IMG/VR virus record: IMGVR_UViG_3300045284_000214 | Location: 1,062 to 65,061 of that record | Direction: 5' to 3' (one strand) | DNA: 64,000 nucleotides | Origin: a virus | Taxonomy: Duplodnaviria > Caudoviricetes | Shown: positions 20,271 through 29,819 of the stretch, one piece after another | How positions within the stretch are numbered: position 1 is the stretch's first letter | Layout: every line of letters starts with the position of its first letter | The notes under the pieces: generated by a model | Seen by the model: the letters and a program-made list of their open reading frames with translations, nothing else | Databases searched by the model: none | Told to the model about the DNA's origin: nothing | Translations under genes and position numbers: made by a program

Positions 20271-20747
20271 ATGGCAGAACCAGCAGTAGCTTTCGACGTT
20301 CTTATGGACCCGGCCCAGCACATTGTCAGGGCCTGCGACCTTCCGCAGCTTGCCGACCGCGCGGCATGGCTCGCGCCACGTCTGCGCACGCTGTTTCCCG
20401 GCTATCAGGACGCCCACATCATGGGATGGCTCCGGACCATGGCTGGCACCAACGGCACCAGCAACTACCGGCTGGTCTGCACCGACAATGCCGTCGCCCT
20501 GTCCGAACACCGCAACGAAAAGCTCGTCGTCGCCCCCTTCATCATCGATCACTTCGTCATCGTCAACGAGGGAGCAGACATCAGCGAAGGACAGGCCCTC
20601 TACGACGACATGAACCGGTGGGGAATGTCCATCGGGGCTTCGGAAATCCACATCAACCCCAAATCCGATGTACAGCGCCCTCTGATCGAGGAGCGACTGG
20701 GCAAGACCATCGAGCGCAAGATTCTCTGCGCCAAGGTAGGCAAATGA
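20271..20747 (+). CDS. GNAT-like virion assembly protein 1
   Basis: ATG 20271; 'IVRACDLPQL' start and 'W...GA..I' end; located before the ejection genes. Confidence 0.45.
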   Translation: MAEPAVAFDVLMDPAQHIVRACDLPQLADRAAWLAPRLRTLFPGYQDAHIMGWLRTMAGTNGTSNYRLVCTDNAVALSEHRNEKLVVAPFIIDHFVIVNEGADISEGQALYDDMNRWGMSIGASEIHINPKSDVQRPLIEERLGKTIERKILCAKVGK

Positions 20748-21157
20748 ATGCGCTGACCGGCCAGATCAGGGAAGCGAGCCTAGCCGATATCGACTTCATC
20801 CTCCGGCTGGGGCGCAAGATGTATCCGGGCGAGCCTATCCACAATGGCCTGCCATGGGTGATCGAGTGCATGAGGCGTCCAGATCGGCTCGTATTGGTCT
20901 CGGACTACGGCGTCGGTATTGCCTCGATCTTCTTCGCGTACGGCTTCATCAAGAGGGTCAATATGGACGTTCTGGCCGTTGAATCCGGCCATGGACTGCA
21001 TGTTTTGGGTTTCCTGCGAGCTATGGTACGGTGGGGCCAGTTTCAGAAAGCCAGCTCCCTCAGGGTCGGATCGACCACCGGGGTGGACTTTGGGCCTGCA
21101 GTCAAAAGATTGGGTGGCAATGCCGCTAAAGCATCATCCTATCAGATACCTTTATAG
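20744..21157 (+). CDS. GNAT-like virion assembly protein 2
   Basis: ATG 20744; 'IREASLADIDFILRLG' GNAT N-terminus. Confidence 0.55.
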   Translation: MNALTGQIREASLADIDFILRLGRKMYPGEPIHNGLPWVIECMRRPDRLVLVSDYGVGIASIFFAYGFIKRVNMDVLAVESGHGLHVLGFLRAMVRWGQFQKASSLRVGSTTGVDFGPAVKRLGGNAAKASSYQIPL

Positions 21158-21163
21158 GAGCCT

Positions 21164-22699
21164 ATGATGGGTGAACTTGCTGGTCTTGGTGAGGCCTTGC
21201 TACCGGCGGCAGTTGAGGCTGGCAGCGAAGCGGTCCCGGAGGCGGCTTCTGGAGTAGGCGATTTTTTTGGAAATATAGCCTCCGGGATAGGCGATTTCTT
21301 CGGAGGCGGCGGTGGTGAGGCGGCAGGCAATGCCATTGCCCCTGCTGCGGACTATTCCTTCAATCCCGGATTTGACAAGAGCGTCTTCGATTATCTCGGT
21401 GGAGCTGGTGGGGAGGCTGCTGCTGCAGGAGACACAGCAGGGTTTGGCGGTTCGGCCACCACGACCGGTGGGGCATCGGCATTTGACCCCGGTGCCTATG
21501 CCAGCGGTGCAGCCAGCACCCCTGACTGGCTCAATGGCGGAGCCCTGTTCGATACCGGGGTTGCCGGGGCTGCTCCAGCGGCAGATTTCAGCGGCGGGGT
21601 GGGCTCGTTCAGCGCTCCCGGTGTCAGCTCCTTCGCAGATACCATGGCTGCGGGCGGCGGTGGTCCTCAAGCCATGTCTTCAGCCTTCGGCCCGGCTCCG
21701 GACATGACTGGAGGGGTTTCTGCCTTCACCCCGGGCCCCGGCATCCAGACCCCTGACATCAATGCCATCGACCCGACTTCGCTGGCGGCTACCGGCGAGA
21801 GCAACATCCCGGCCAATGCCACGTTTACCAGTGGCACTGCGCCGCAGGCCCCCACCGATCTGTCAGGGCTGGATGCTGCCCAGAAGTCCGTGGCTGATCA
21901 GTATGCGGCGGTAAATGCCAATTCTGTGCCGACAGCCCCAGGGGATGTGAGCCCCAATGCGGCTGCTGCCGCTACTCCTGGAACAACTCCGGCCACCCCA
22001 GCGGCCTCATCCAGTGGCAAGTTCCTCGGCATGGACATCGGCAAGCCCACTGTTCTTGGGTCTGCGGGAGCGCTGATTTCCGGCGGCTTACTGGCCAACA
22101 ACCTACTCAACAAGAGTGTCCCCGGTCAGGCCCAGGTCAATGCCATCAACAGCAACATCCCGCAGGTTCAGAGCGTGATCGATAGTGTCAACAAGACGGC
22201 AGCCGATCTTCGGGCCAGCACAGAACCGCTGAACGCCGATGCCAAGGCCATGATGTCCTACGTCAGTCAGGGCACACTGCCTCCAGCGATGCAAGAACAG
22301 GTCAAGGCCGGTGTTGCAGCGGCCAAGACGCAAGCGGCGTCGATCATGGCCCAACACGGGCTGTCGGCTGATCCGACCAAGAATGCCCAGCTCAAGCAGC
22401 AGTTCGATACTATCGATTCCCAAGCCATCCAGATGCAGGCAACGCTGGCCAACCAGCTCTACCAGTCGGGATTGGCTGCGGTTAACGCCTCCAACCAGAC
22501 CCAGCAGGTTGCCGCTGGCCTGCAGCAGACCGGCCTCAACGCAGTCGGCCTCAACCAGAACACCTATCTGGCGCTGCAGAAGATTTACAGTGATCAGGAT
22601 ACCAAGACGCAGGCTGCCGTCACCAACTTCGCCTCGGCGCTGGGCAAGATGACGGGCGGCAGTGGTGGTGGCACCACCATCAAGATCGGTGGGACCTGA
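21164..22699 (+). CDS. internal virion / DNA ejection protein (Gly/Ala-rich)
   Basis: G/A-rich N-terminus and Q/A helical C-terminus; typical podovirus position. Confidence 0.6.
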   Translation: MMGELAGLGEALLPAAVEAGSEAVPEAASGVGDFFGNIASGIGDFFGGGGGEAAGNAIAPAADYSFNPGFDKSVFDYLGGAGGEAAAAGDTAGFGGSATTTGGASAFDPGAYASGAASTPDWLNGGALFDTGVAGAAPAADFSGGVGSFSAPGVSSFADTMAAGGGGPQAMSSAFGPAPDMTGGVSAFTPGPGIQTPDINAIDPTSLAATGESNIPANATFTSGTAPQAPTDLSGLDAAQKSVADQYAAVNANSVPTAPGDVSPNAAAAATPGTTPATPAASSSGKFLGMDIGKPTVLGSAGALISGGLLANNLLNKSVPGQAQVNAINSNIPQVQSVIDSVNKTAADLRASTEPLNADAKAMMSYVSQGTLPPAMQEQVKAGVAAAKTQAASIMAQHGLSADPTKNAQLKQQFDTIDSQAIQMQATLANQLYQSGLAAVNASNQTQQVAAGLQQTGLNAVGLNQNTYLALQKIYSDQDTKTQAAVTNFASALGKMTGGSGGGTTIKIGGT

Positions 22700-24510
22700 T
22701 GACTGATCTGGCCGAACAGGACGATGATGCCGAGGTAAAGCCGCAGCAGACAGCGGATGCCTCAGCACCCCCGGCGGCCCCAGCCCCACCGCCGGGGCCT
22801 TCGGCGTTCAGCCAGAGCCAGGACACATGGAAGAATCCGTTCGAGTCGATGGCCACGGCTCTGCCCACCCCTGACTACAAGCGTGCTTTGGCCAACAAGC
22901 AGTCTGTCGCAGATCAGGAACTTCGCGCTGTTGATGCCCAGGCAGGTAGGATAGCTGCTGATAACCAGCGTCTTGGTGCTGCTGCCGAAGCAAAGAATGC
23001 CCAGCTTCAGGCCGTCGATCCCAACCAGATGACGACATGGAATGCTGCGGAGAAGCAAAAGCAGTATTCCACCTCCCCATTCGAGGCTTTTGGCTCTGCA
23101 GCCATGATTGCCTCGCTGGGCATGGCTGCGTTTACACGCGCCCCGATGACGGCCTCACTTAATGCCATGGCCGGTGTCATGAACGGCATCAAGGAGGGCA
23201 ACGATCAGGCTTATGACCGCGATTATGCGTCATGGAAGGAGAACAACAACGTCTTTCAGAAGCGTTTTGACCTGATGAAGTCGCAGTTGTCATCTGACAT
23301 GGACATCTGGAAGACCAAGGGTGCCATGGGTAAGGAAGACCTGTCGAACACCCTGCTGAAATATGGTCTGTACAAGCAAAAAGCCCTGCTGGATGCCGGT
23401 CTGGATGATGTCCTGACGGATTCCCTGACCAAGCAGGCCCATGCTGTCGATCTCATGTCCTCCGCTTCCCAGAAGATCGAGGACCAGCATGCTCTGGTGG
23501 AGGCCGTGAAGGGCGAGCAGATGCGTCGTCAGGCTACTGGCCAAAAACCCATGGACGGGCAGGAAATTCTTCAGTTCAGAGCTGATGCCGTGCGGTCTGC
23601 TACTCCTGAGCAGCGCGAGGCCCAGAAGACATGGCGGGAGATTTCTAACTCCGAAAAATACCTGAAGGCGGGTCCGGAAGAGAAGGGAACTATATTCAAC
23701 GACTTCTGGAATGCGCAGAAGACCGGTAGCAATCAGTCCATGATTAAGGACCGGTACGATACCGGGGTTAAGGAGTATCTGGCGGCTCATCCAGAGGTCA
23801 AGACCGAGGAAGACATTCCGTTCGAGGCCAAGAATGAAATTGCTCAGAAAGCCAAGGCCTATAAGGGTGAAAGCAGCAAGGCCAGCGCCGAGAACGATCT
23901 GCGCAAGACCTTGACTGCGGAAGCCATTGCGAAGAATGGCGGGCAGCCGTTGGATGCGGCCCAAAAGAAGCAAATCGAGGACAAGGTCGCACAAAAGCCC
24001 ATCCCCGGAGGCGTCCGTGAAAGGCTTGGCGAGAGAATCGAACTTGCCAAGCTCACAACCAAGACCATCGATGATGTAGAGCGCTCCCTGGCAAGGCATG
24101 GCTTCCTTGCTGGTATCGGCGGCTCCATCCGGCGGCCAATGGAAACCCTTGCCAACAAGGCCCTTCTTAGTGATTCCACTGCGGCCACCGACTTCAGGCA
24201 ACTGATCTCGGTTCTCCAGCAACTGGAGCCTCGCCTGCTCACAGGTGGGCCCGGCGGCAGGCCTTTGAAAGCCGAGGCTGATCTGGTCAGCCAAATCATT
24301 CCAGGTCTTAATGGTCTGGATACGGTCCAGAATACGGTAAGCCGCCTGCGAACCTTCAAGAGCATGATCCAGAATCTGGAGGGTGGATGGACACGGATGT
24401 ATGAAGGCAACTATAATCCGACCGCTCCGCTCGCACCGCCGGTCATGGGCGGATCACCGGGACAGCCCACAGGTAAACCTCTATGGATGACCGGCAGACC
24501 ACGGGAATAA
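22699..24510 (+). CDS. internal virion / DNA ejection protein
   Basis: 603 aa helical protein coupled to its neighbours. Confidence 0.6.
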   Translation: MTDLAEQDDDAEVKPQQTADASAPPAAPAPPPGPSAFSQSQDTWKNPFESMATALPTPDYKRALANKQSVADQELRAVDAQAGRIAADNQRLGAAAEAKNAQLQAVDPNQMTTWNAAEKQKQYSTSPFEAFGSAAMIASLGMAAFTRAPMTASLNAMAGVMNGIKEGNDQAYDRDYASWKENNNVFQKRFDLMKSQLSSDMDIWKTKGAMGKEDLSNTLLKYGLYKQKALLDAGLDDVLTDSLTKQAHAVDLMSSASQKIEDQHALVEAVKGEQMRRQATGQKPMDGQEILQFRADAVRSATPEQREAQKTWREISNSEKYLKAGPEEKGTIFNDFWNAQKTGSNQSMIKDRYDTGVKEYLAAHPEVKTEEDIPFEAKNEIAQKAKAYKGESSKASAENDLRKTLTAEAIAKNGGQPLDAAQKKQIEDKVAQKPIPGGVRERLGERIELAKLTTKTIDDVERSLARHGFLAGIGGSIRRPMETLANKALLSDSTAATDFRQLISVLQQLEPRLLTGGPGGRPLKAEADLVSQIIPGLNGLDTVQNTVSRLRTFKSMIQNLEGGWTRMYEGNYNPTAPLAPPVMGGSPGQPTGKPLWMTGRPRE

Positions 24511-27500
24511 ATGCTGATCTCGGTCAGAATGAAGACCCGTATGCAGGCTATGGCCACGATGTTCAGCAAGAGGTCGATGCTGGCACGCCACGGGTGCGCA
24601 GCGACATCGATTTCCTGAATCTGCCGGAAGGCAGCGACTATCTTGGTCCGGATAACCGCAGGCGAACCAAGCACTATACCGTCACCAACGATGCCGACTT
24701 CATGCGGATACCGGAAGGCGCTCCGTACATCGGGCCTGACGGGATTCCTCGCGACAAGCCCAATTATGGCGACATCGGATTCACTGCGCAGGCCATGCAC
24801 GACATGGCCGTCACCCCGGAGGCCAAGACCGAGGCCCTGCGCCGCAGCTATGGCGACAAGGTCAAGGTAGACGAGGCCGGTCCTTATATTCAGGAGGATG
24901 ACGGCACCATCCGCCGTCCCGGTGTCCGCAGCCTGAAGTCTGCCCTTGGCACCTCTGTTGCAGAAACCCTCCCGGCCATTGGCATGGTGGGCGGTGGTCT
25001 TCTGGGCGGTGGCCTTGGCGGTGTCGTTGGTACAGCCGCAGGCCCCCCGGGGACCGTGGCGGGGGCTCTTGCAGGCGGCACTGGCGGCGCTGTTGGCGGG
25101 GCCATGGCCGGTAGGCAGGCCAACAATGTCATCCTGAGCCTTCTGGGCATCCATCAGCCTGTCCTCGATCAACTCCACTCAATGGGCCAAGAGGGCCTCT
25201 ATACGGCCGGTGGAGAGGTTGTGGGCCGTGGGGTGGGTAAACTGGCCCAATACGCCAAAGGCCCCTCCAAGGCAGGCACAGGGCTTCCTAATGACTTTAC
25301 GGCTGGCCTCTCCGATGCTGAGACACCGGCCGCCACCAAAACCTACGCTACCCGCAAGCAGCAGATTGCGCAGGACCTCGGTGGCGTTCTGGAATCGATG
25401 GGAATTACTCCGGAGAAAGGCCCCTTCATTGGAATAACCCGCAAAGGGAAGGGTTCCGATGTCATCCCGAATGACTTTACGAGGGGGCTGGAAGACATCC
25501 CAGCGCCACCGGGCACCAAAATGCCCGATAGTAGCCTGGATAATCCCAAGGGAGCCTTCGGAAGCTATGTCGAGCCTGAGGTGAAGAAACACGGCTACCC
25601 AACCCCAGGTGCCAGGGAGTTTTTGGGGGTCAATGACGAGGGCTTGGAGCGTATTGCTTCGGCACAAAAGTCTGGCTTCAAACCGGCTCCTTCCGTGGCC
25701 TTCCCGGAAGCTCCAATGCTGACCAAGATCGAGCAGTTCGATGCGGCATTCAATCCAGATGCTTCAGGGCAGGGACGCTTCGGTCAGTCCTTGCGCGAGG
25801 GCTATAACCGTATCGGCGAGAATATCATCACCGCCCCGGAAATTAAGGGCGTTGTCAAGGAGCCATTGACGTCATCCACCGAGGCGGTTTCCTACAAGGA
25901 GGCTGGCGAAAAGGCTGTTGTTAGTGCCAGAATCAAGATGGCTCTGGAGGATATCAACCTGGAAGCTTCAATTGCCGAGGGGCCTGAGAGGTGGGCGCAA
26001 ACCTATATTGATAATGTAGGCGCTGCCCGAAATATGGTTAAAACAGGGATTGACCAGCTCAGGCTTGATGCCGATGTTGCAATGCAAAACATAGCGACCG
26101 GATCAAGGCCGGTATTCCCCGGCCATCTTGTCAATGACATTGCTGCTAGTTTCAAGAGTTATGGCACCGCAGTCAGGGCGCGGGCATCTGGCTATTATAC
26201 CGAATGGGATAGGGTGGCCGGAGCCAAGCCAGTAGATGTTACCGGTCTGCAGGCTGATGCAGAGCGCTTCTTCGATGCCATGCCGGATGGACTTGCGGGG
26301 AAATATCCCCTTGAAGTCAGGCTGTTGAACAAGCTTGTTGCACCGGAGGGTGAAGAAGCCATCACCATGACTGCCGGTGAGCTACATCATCTCCGCTCAT
26401 GGATGCGGCATGGAATCGACTATGACGACTTGGCTTCGGACATGAGCCAAGGAGCCATGAAGCACTTTGAGGGTAAGGTTAACAGAGTAATACAAGCCCT
26501 TCCAGATTCAGACCTTTTGAACAAGGCTGATGCCTTTTACAAAGACACCATCCCGTATCTCAACAATGAGATGATCCGGGCTACCATGAAGGCTATCAAG
26601 GGCGGCACGGGGATCGACCCGGAAGTAGCTGCCAACATCTTCTTCAAAGCAGGACGTGCCGAGGATGTGCGGGAAGCCCGCAAGGTGTTGGGACCGAATC
26701 TATGGAATGCGATTGAGGCTGCTCATGTTCAGTCTCTTGTAAACAAGTCCAAGGACTTCAATGGCGTAGATGCAGGTAAATTTTCTGATTATATCCTTAG
26801 CGACCACAGAGCAGGAATGCTTAATCTCGGCTATTCAGAATCAAAGATGAAAGAATTGCTTCATATTGGCGAGGAAATTCAAAAGCTTGACGGCAAGATT
26901 TATATTGATGCATTACCTACAGACAGCATCCCCATGATCCTCAACAAGGCTAGGGCCAAGGCTCTTGAAGATGCCCGTGTTGCGGCTATTGACCCCCTGA
27001 AGGCCTTTGATGAGGCCGCCAAGAAAATGCGGTCCGATGCAGCGCTTCATCGGAAAAGCGGTCCTCTTAGCGCTCTCTTTGGGACTGATATGTCATTCAA
27101 GGGCGAGCAGGCCGCCAGAAACATCCTTAGCAATGAAGACAGAATCATCGCCGCTTCCAACTATCTTGATAAGGCCACATTTGATTCTCTTCGTCAGGTG
27201 TTCGTCCGTGATTTCCTCCAGCGGGAATTCAAGGCCGTTGGTGGAATGCGAAAGGAATTGAGTGCAAATCCGCTGATGACGGAGAGGGTTCAGGCCCTCA
27301 TGTTCCCCGGCAATACTCTCGACCAACTGAAGACCCTTGCAAAGAATGCGGAATTCCTGTCCGGGGCTGTCTCTATTGGCAATGGCGAGATGAGCGGTGG
27401 CTTGGCTGCTGGTGCACAGGTCATGAACCCGTCTCGCCACGTCCCCGGCATGAAGAAATTCTCCAAGATTCCAGGTGTTGATTTTGTCAACCGCATCATT

Positions 27501-27719
27501 CTCGGCAAGGTCTATGGTGCCCTCATGGAGGGGGTATCACATCCGTCTTTTGCGGCTTGGCTGACAAAGAGCCTTGAGAGCGGTAACCCGGCCCAGAGGC
27601 TTGCAGCTAGGAATGTTTTGAATGACCGGCTGAAGACCTCGCCATGGATTGGCCGGGCTCTCGGTCAGGAATCGGTGCCGTCAGCTCCAGACCAGACACA
27701 GGATCAATATGCCCAATAA
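24483..27719 (+). CDS. large internal virion / DNA ejection protein
   Basis: 1078 aa with a Gly-rich hydrophobic segment (GGGLLGGGLGG...GAVGGAMAG), then a long helical region. Confidence 0.65.
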   Translation: MDDRQTTGINADLGQNEDPYAGYGHDVQQEVDAGTPRVRSDIDFLNLPEGSDYLGPDNRRRTKHYTVTNDADFMRIPEGAPYIGPDGIPRDKPNYGDIGFTAQAMHDMAVTPEAKTEALRRSYGDKVKVDEAGPYIQEDDGTIRRPGVRSLKSALGTSVAETLPAIGMVGGGLLGGGLGGVVGTAAGPPGTVAGALAGGTGGAVGGAMAGRQANNVILSLLGIHQPVLDQLHSMGQEGLYTAGGEVVGRGVGKLAQYAKGPSKAGTGLPNDFTAGLSDAETPAATKTYATRKQQIAQDLGGVLESMGITPEKGPFIGITRKGKGSDVIPNDFTRGLEDIPAPPGTKMPDSSLDNPKGAFGSYVEPEVKKHGYPTPGAREFLGVNDEGLERIASAQKSGFKPAPSVAFPEAPMLTKIEQFDAAFNPDASGQGRFGQSLREGYNRIGENIITAPEIKGVVKEPLTSSTEAVSYKEAGEKAVVSARIKMALEDINLEASIAEGPERWAQTYIDNVGAARNMVKTGIDQLRLDADVAMQNIATGSRPVFPGHLVNDIAASFKSYGTAVRARASGYYTEWDRVAGAKPVDVTGLQADAERFFDAMPDGLAGKYPLEVRLLNKLVAPEGEEAITMTAGELHHLRSWMRHGIDYDDLASDMSQGAMKHFEGKVNRVIQALPDSDLLNKADAFYKDTIPYLNNEMIRATMKAIKGGTGIDPEVAANIFFKAGRAEDVREARKVLGPNLWNAIEAAHVQSLVNKSKDFNGVDAGKFSDYILSDHRAGMLNLGYSESKMKELLHIGEEIQKLDGKIYIDALPTDSIPMILNKARAKALEDARVAAIDPLKAFDEAAKKMRSDAALHRKSGPLSALFGTDMSFKGEQAARNILSNEDRIIAASNYLDKATFDSLRQVFVRDFLQREFKAVGGMRKELSANPLMTERVQALMFPGNTLDQLKTLAKNAEFLSGAVSIGNGEMSGGLAAGAQVMNPSRHVPGMKKFSKIPGVDFVNRIILGKVYGALMEGVSHPSFAAWLTKSLESGNPAQRLAARNVLNDRLKTSPWIGRALGQESVPSAPDQTQDQYAQ

Positions 27720-27933
27720 CGACCTCCGCACCGAACTGGACAAGATGGCTCTTGAGATTGTAGGCGATCTTCAGTCTCGCGAGTGTTCTCTCGATACCAA
27801 ACTTGATGCCTTCAAGGTATTGAGCGCCTATCACCTCGGCCTGATGAAGAAGGGCGACAAGGGACCTTCAACGGAAGAGACCGGCAGGCCCACCTTCAAG
27901 GACCTTCGCAGCCGCATTGAAGCGGTTAAATAA
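27709..27933 (+). CDS. hypothetical protein
   Basis: ATG 27709 after an AGGA RBS. Confidence 0.55.
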   Translation: MPNNDLRTELDKMALEIVGDLQSRECSLDTKLDAFKVLSAYHLGLMKKGDKGPSTEETGRPTFKDLRSRIEAVK

Positions 27934-27973
27934 AACTGCTACCATATCACTTGAACAATGCAGGGGCTGAAAC

Positions 27974-28297
27974 ATGGCACTTTCTGGCGTCCACATCACC
28001 TTCGGCTACTCGAATTCAGGTGGCTCTGAACTGCCGTACACCGCAACATCGAGCGAGCTGATGGCTGCGGCCACGACCTCGACAGTGTTTGCGCCGTCAC
28101 CTCCGGCACCAAGGTCAGTAGACAGGAACACGACCTACCTGCCGCTTCTGTCGATCAGCGCTTCGGCGGCTATCTTCTATGCCGTTGGTCCCAACCCGGA
28201 CTCGACCAATGGCCCGCTCCGCTACATGGACCCGGCCTTTGGCAGGGAAGACATCTTCGTTAATCCCGGCGACAAGTTTGCTTGGGTTGCTGCGTGA
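27974..28297 (+). CDS. small beta-rich structural protein
   Basis: GGGG RBS; ends 'V.PGDK.A'. Confidence 0.6.
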   Translation: MALSGVHITFGYSNSGGSELPYTATSSELMAAATTSTVFAPSPPAPRSVDRNTTYLPLLSISASAAIFYAVGPNPDSTNGPLRYMDPAFGREDIFVNPGDKFAWVAA

Positions 28298-29415
28298 GCG
28301 GCCTGATCCTCCCCAAGCATCTTGAGCTACAGAAAAGCCTGCACCTCAAGCGCGGGCCAAAAGCGCATGGAGGCGGGGGAGGGGTGCCCGAATGGGTGCC
28401 GGTCGACGCCAAGATTTATATCGAGCCACGCATTCTTGATGGTTTCCCTGACGGACGCGCATGGACAGAAGAGGGCGGCATCGTTGCGGTAGATACTTTA
28501 CTTGGGGCCGATCCTAATTCGGATGCTGTACTTCATAATAATCATGCGCTCTATGATTCTGCTAATTTGACAGCAGATGGTTATCAGATGGCCTCTCCAC
28601 TTGCGTTAATTGGCGCAGCTAGAACAATGGTATTGGACGCAGCTACTTTGGTTATTTCATACACGCAAGTTGGGGTAGCCACGTTAGCGCCTGAAATGTT
28701 CTTGGCGGCTACGGACGGTGACGACGCTATAAAGCTGGATATCTCCTCCTCTTCTCGTAAAGCTGCTGTTGGTAGTTTTAACGGGGACTTATTTAATGAA
28801 ACTACTGCCACGTTGAACGTTGGAGAAGGGGCCATAAACGGACTTGCCGCAACAACGACATTAACGCGATTTGATATTGCTCTTAACGGTTCTCCTGCGG
28901 TCGCCGGGGTAGTCACTGATACTGATAGACCTCCTTCTAATCCATTCACAACTGTGCCTTTTGCAGATGCGGGCGGCTCTCCTGTGCCACCAGCAAATAT
29001 CCGGTTCATTACTATTTATGATGCTCTACCATCCACTGATGGTCTTTCAACGTTATCCGATATCGGAGTTTTACCACCTCCACCTGTTTTGTCGAATGCC
29101 ACAGCTACCGCAACCGGGTCTAACACCGCCGACATTTCTGTTGATACTGATGTATTGAACGGTTCGCTAGGCTGGATACTAACTATAAACAACGATACAC
29201 CCTCGGCAACAGCAATTTTTAATGGGCTTGATGGTATAGGCTCTCCCGCTGCATTTGCGGGACTGATGAACGGCGTATCTTCGTCGCCCATTGTAGATTC
29301 GGCCTCATCAGGGCTAGACCCCGACACAACATATTATTTCTTTGCAGTACAGCGGGACGTAAACTCGCAGTATTCAAATGTCATAGCAGCCGCTCCAATA
29401 ACGACAGACCCATGA
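28294..29415 (+). CDS. beta-sandwich (lectin/FN3-like) structural protein
   Basis: GTG 28294; C-terminal 'GLDPDTTYYFFAVQRD' FN3-like signature; locally AT-richer DNA. Confidence 0.55.
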   Translation: MSGLILPKHLELQKSLHLKRGPKAHGGGGGVPEWVPVDAKIYIEPRILDGFPDGRAWTEEGGIVAVDTLLGADPNSDAVLHNNHALYDSANLTADGYQMASPLALIGAARTMVLDAATLVISYTQVGVATLAPEMFLAATDGDDAIKLDISSSSRKAAVGSFNGDLFNETTATLNVGEGAINGLAATTTLTRFDIALNGSPAVAGVVTDTDRPPSNPFTTVPFADAGGSPVPPANIRFITIYDALPSTDGLSTLSDIGVLPPPPVLSNATATATGSNTADISVDTDVLNGSLGWILTINNDTPSATAIFNGLDGIGSPAAFAGLMNGVSSSPIVDSASSGLDPDTTYYFFAVQRDVNSQYSNVIAAAPITTDP

Positions 29416-29510
29416 CCAGCGCCACCACAAGCCCTAGCGACTGAGCCCATTGCTGGACAAATCAAGGAACTGCAGATAGTCTCTTCCGGCGTTTAAACGC
29501 AGGAGAACCC

Positions 29511-29819
29511 ATGGCCTTAAGCCCGCACCCCCTGTTTTCCGTCGAGCCACTGGAAGAACTGGAACCGCGTCCTGCTCCCGCACCGCACCAGCCCGGTCAG
29601 GACAAGGCCGTAGGAGCCCTGATGCTGGGGCTCAAGGCTCTGTCCCAGGGGGCGGTCATAGCCGCAGGCCGGTTCACCAATCTGGCTATGGTGGCTAGCG
29701 TCTTCTGGCTGTTCATGTCGATCTCTAACCCAAGCCAGTTCCAGATCGTGTGGGGCGGAATGTATAGTGCATTTATACTGACAGCCCTGTATTTTATCAA
29801 TCGAGGACGCCGCGCATGA
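29511..29819 (+). CDS. small membrane protein
   Basis: AGGAG RBS; two hydrophobic segments. Confidence 0.65.
   Translation: MALSPHPLFSVEPLEELEPRPAPAPHQPGQDKAVGALMLGLKALSQGAVIAAGRFTNLAMVASVFWLFMSISNPSQFQIVWGGMYSAFILTALYFINRGRRA

Noticed and set aside
12107-25178. Long antisense/alternate-frame ORFs (e.g. 12107-12856, 13378-14454, 23290-24294, 24411-25178)
   Set aside because: These are shadows of GC-biased real genes, with no motifs or RBS.
25390-25412. Partial gapped match of one array segment's dinucleotide string (reverse complement of the 49355 segment) to the MGITP codons of the large ejection protein
   Set aside because: Only about half of the dinucleotides match, which is compatible with chance; no self-target is claimed.
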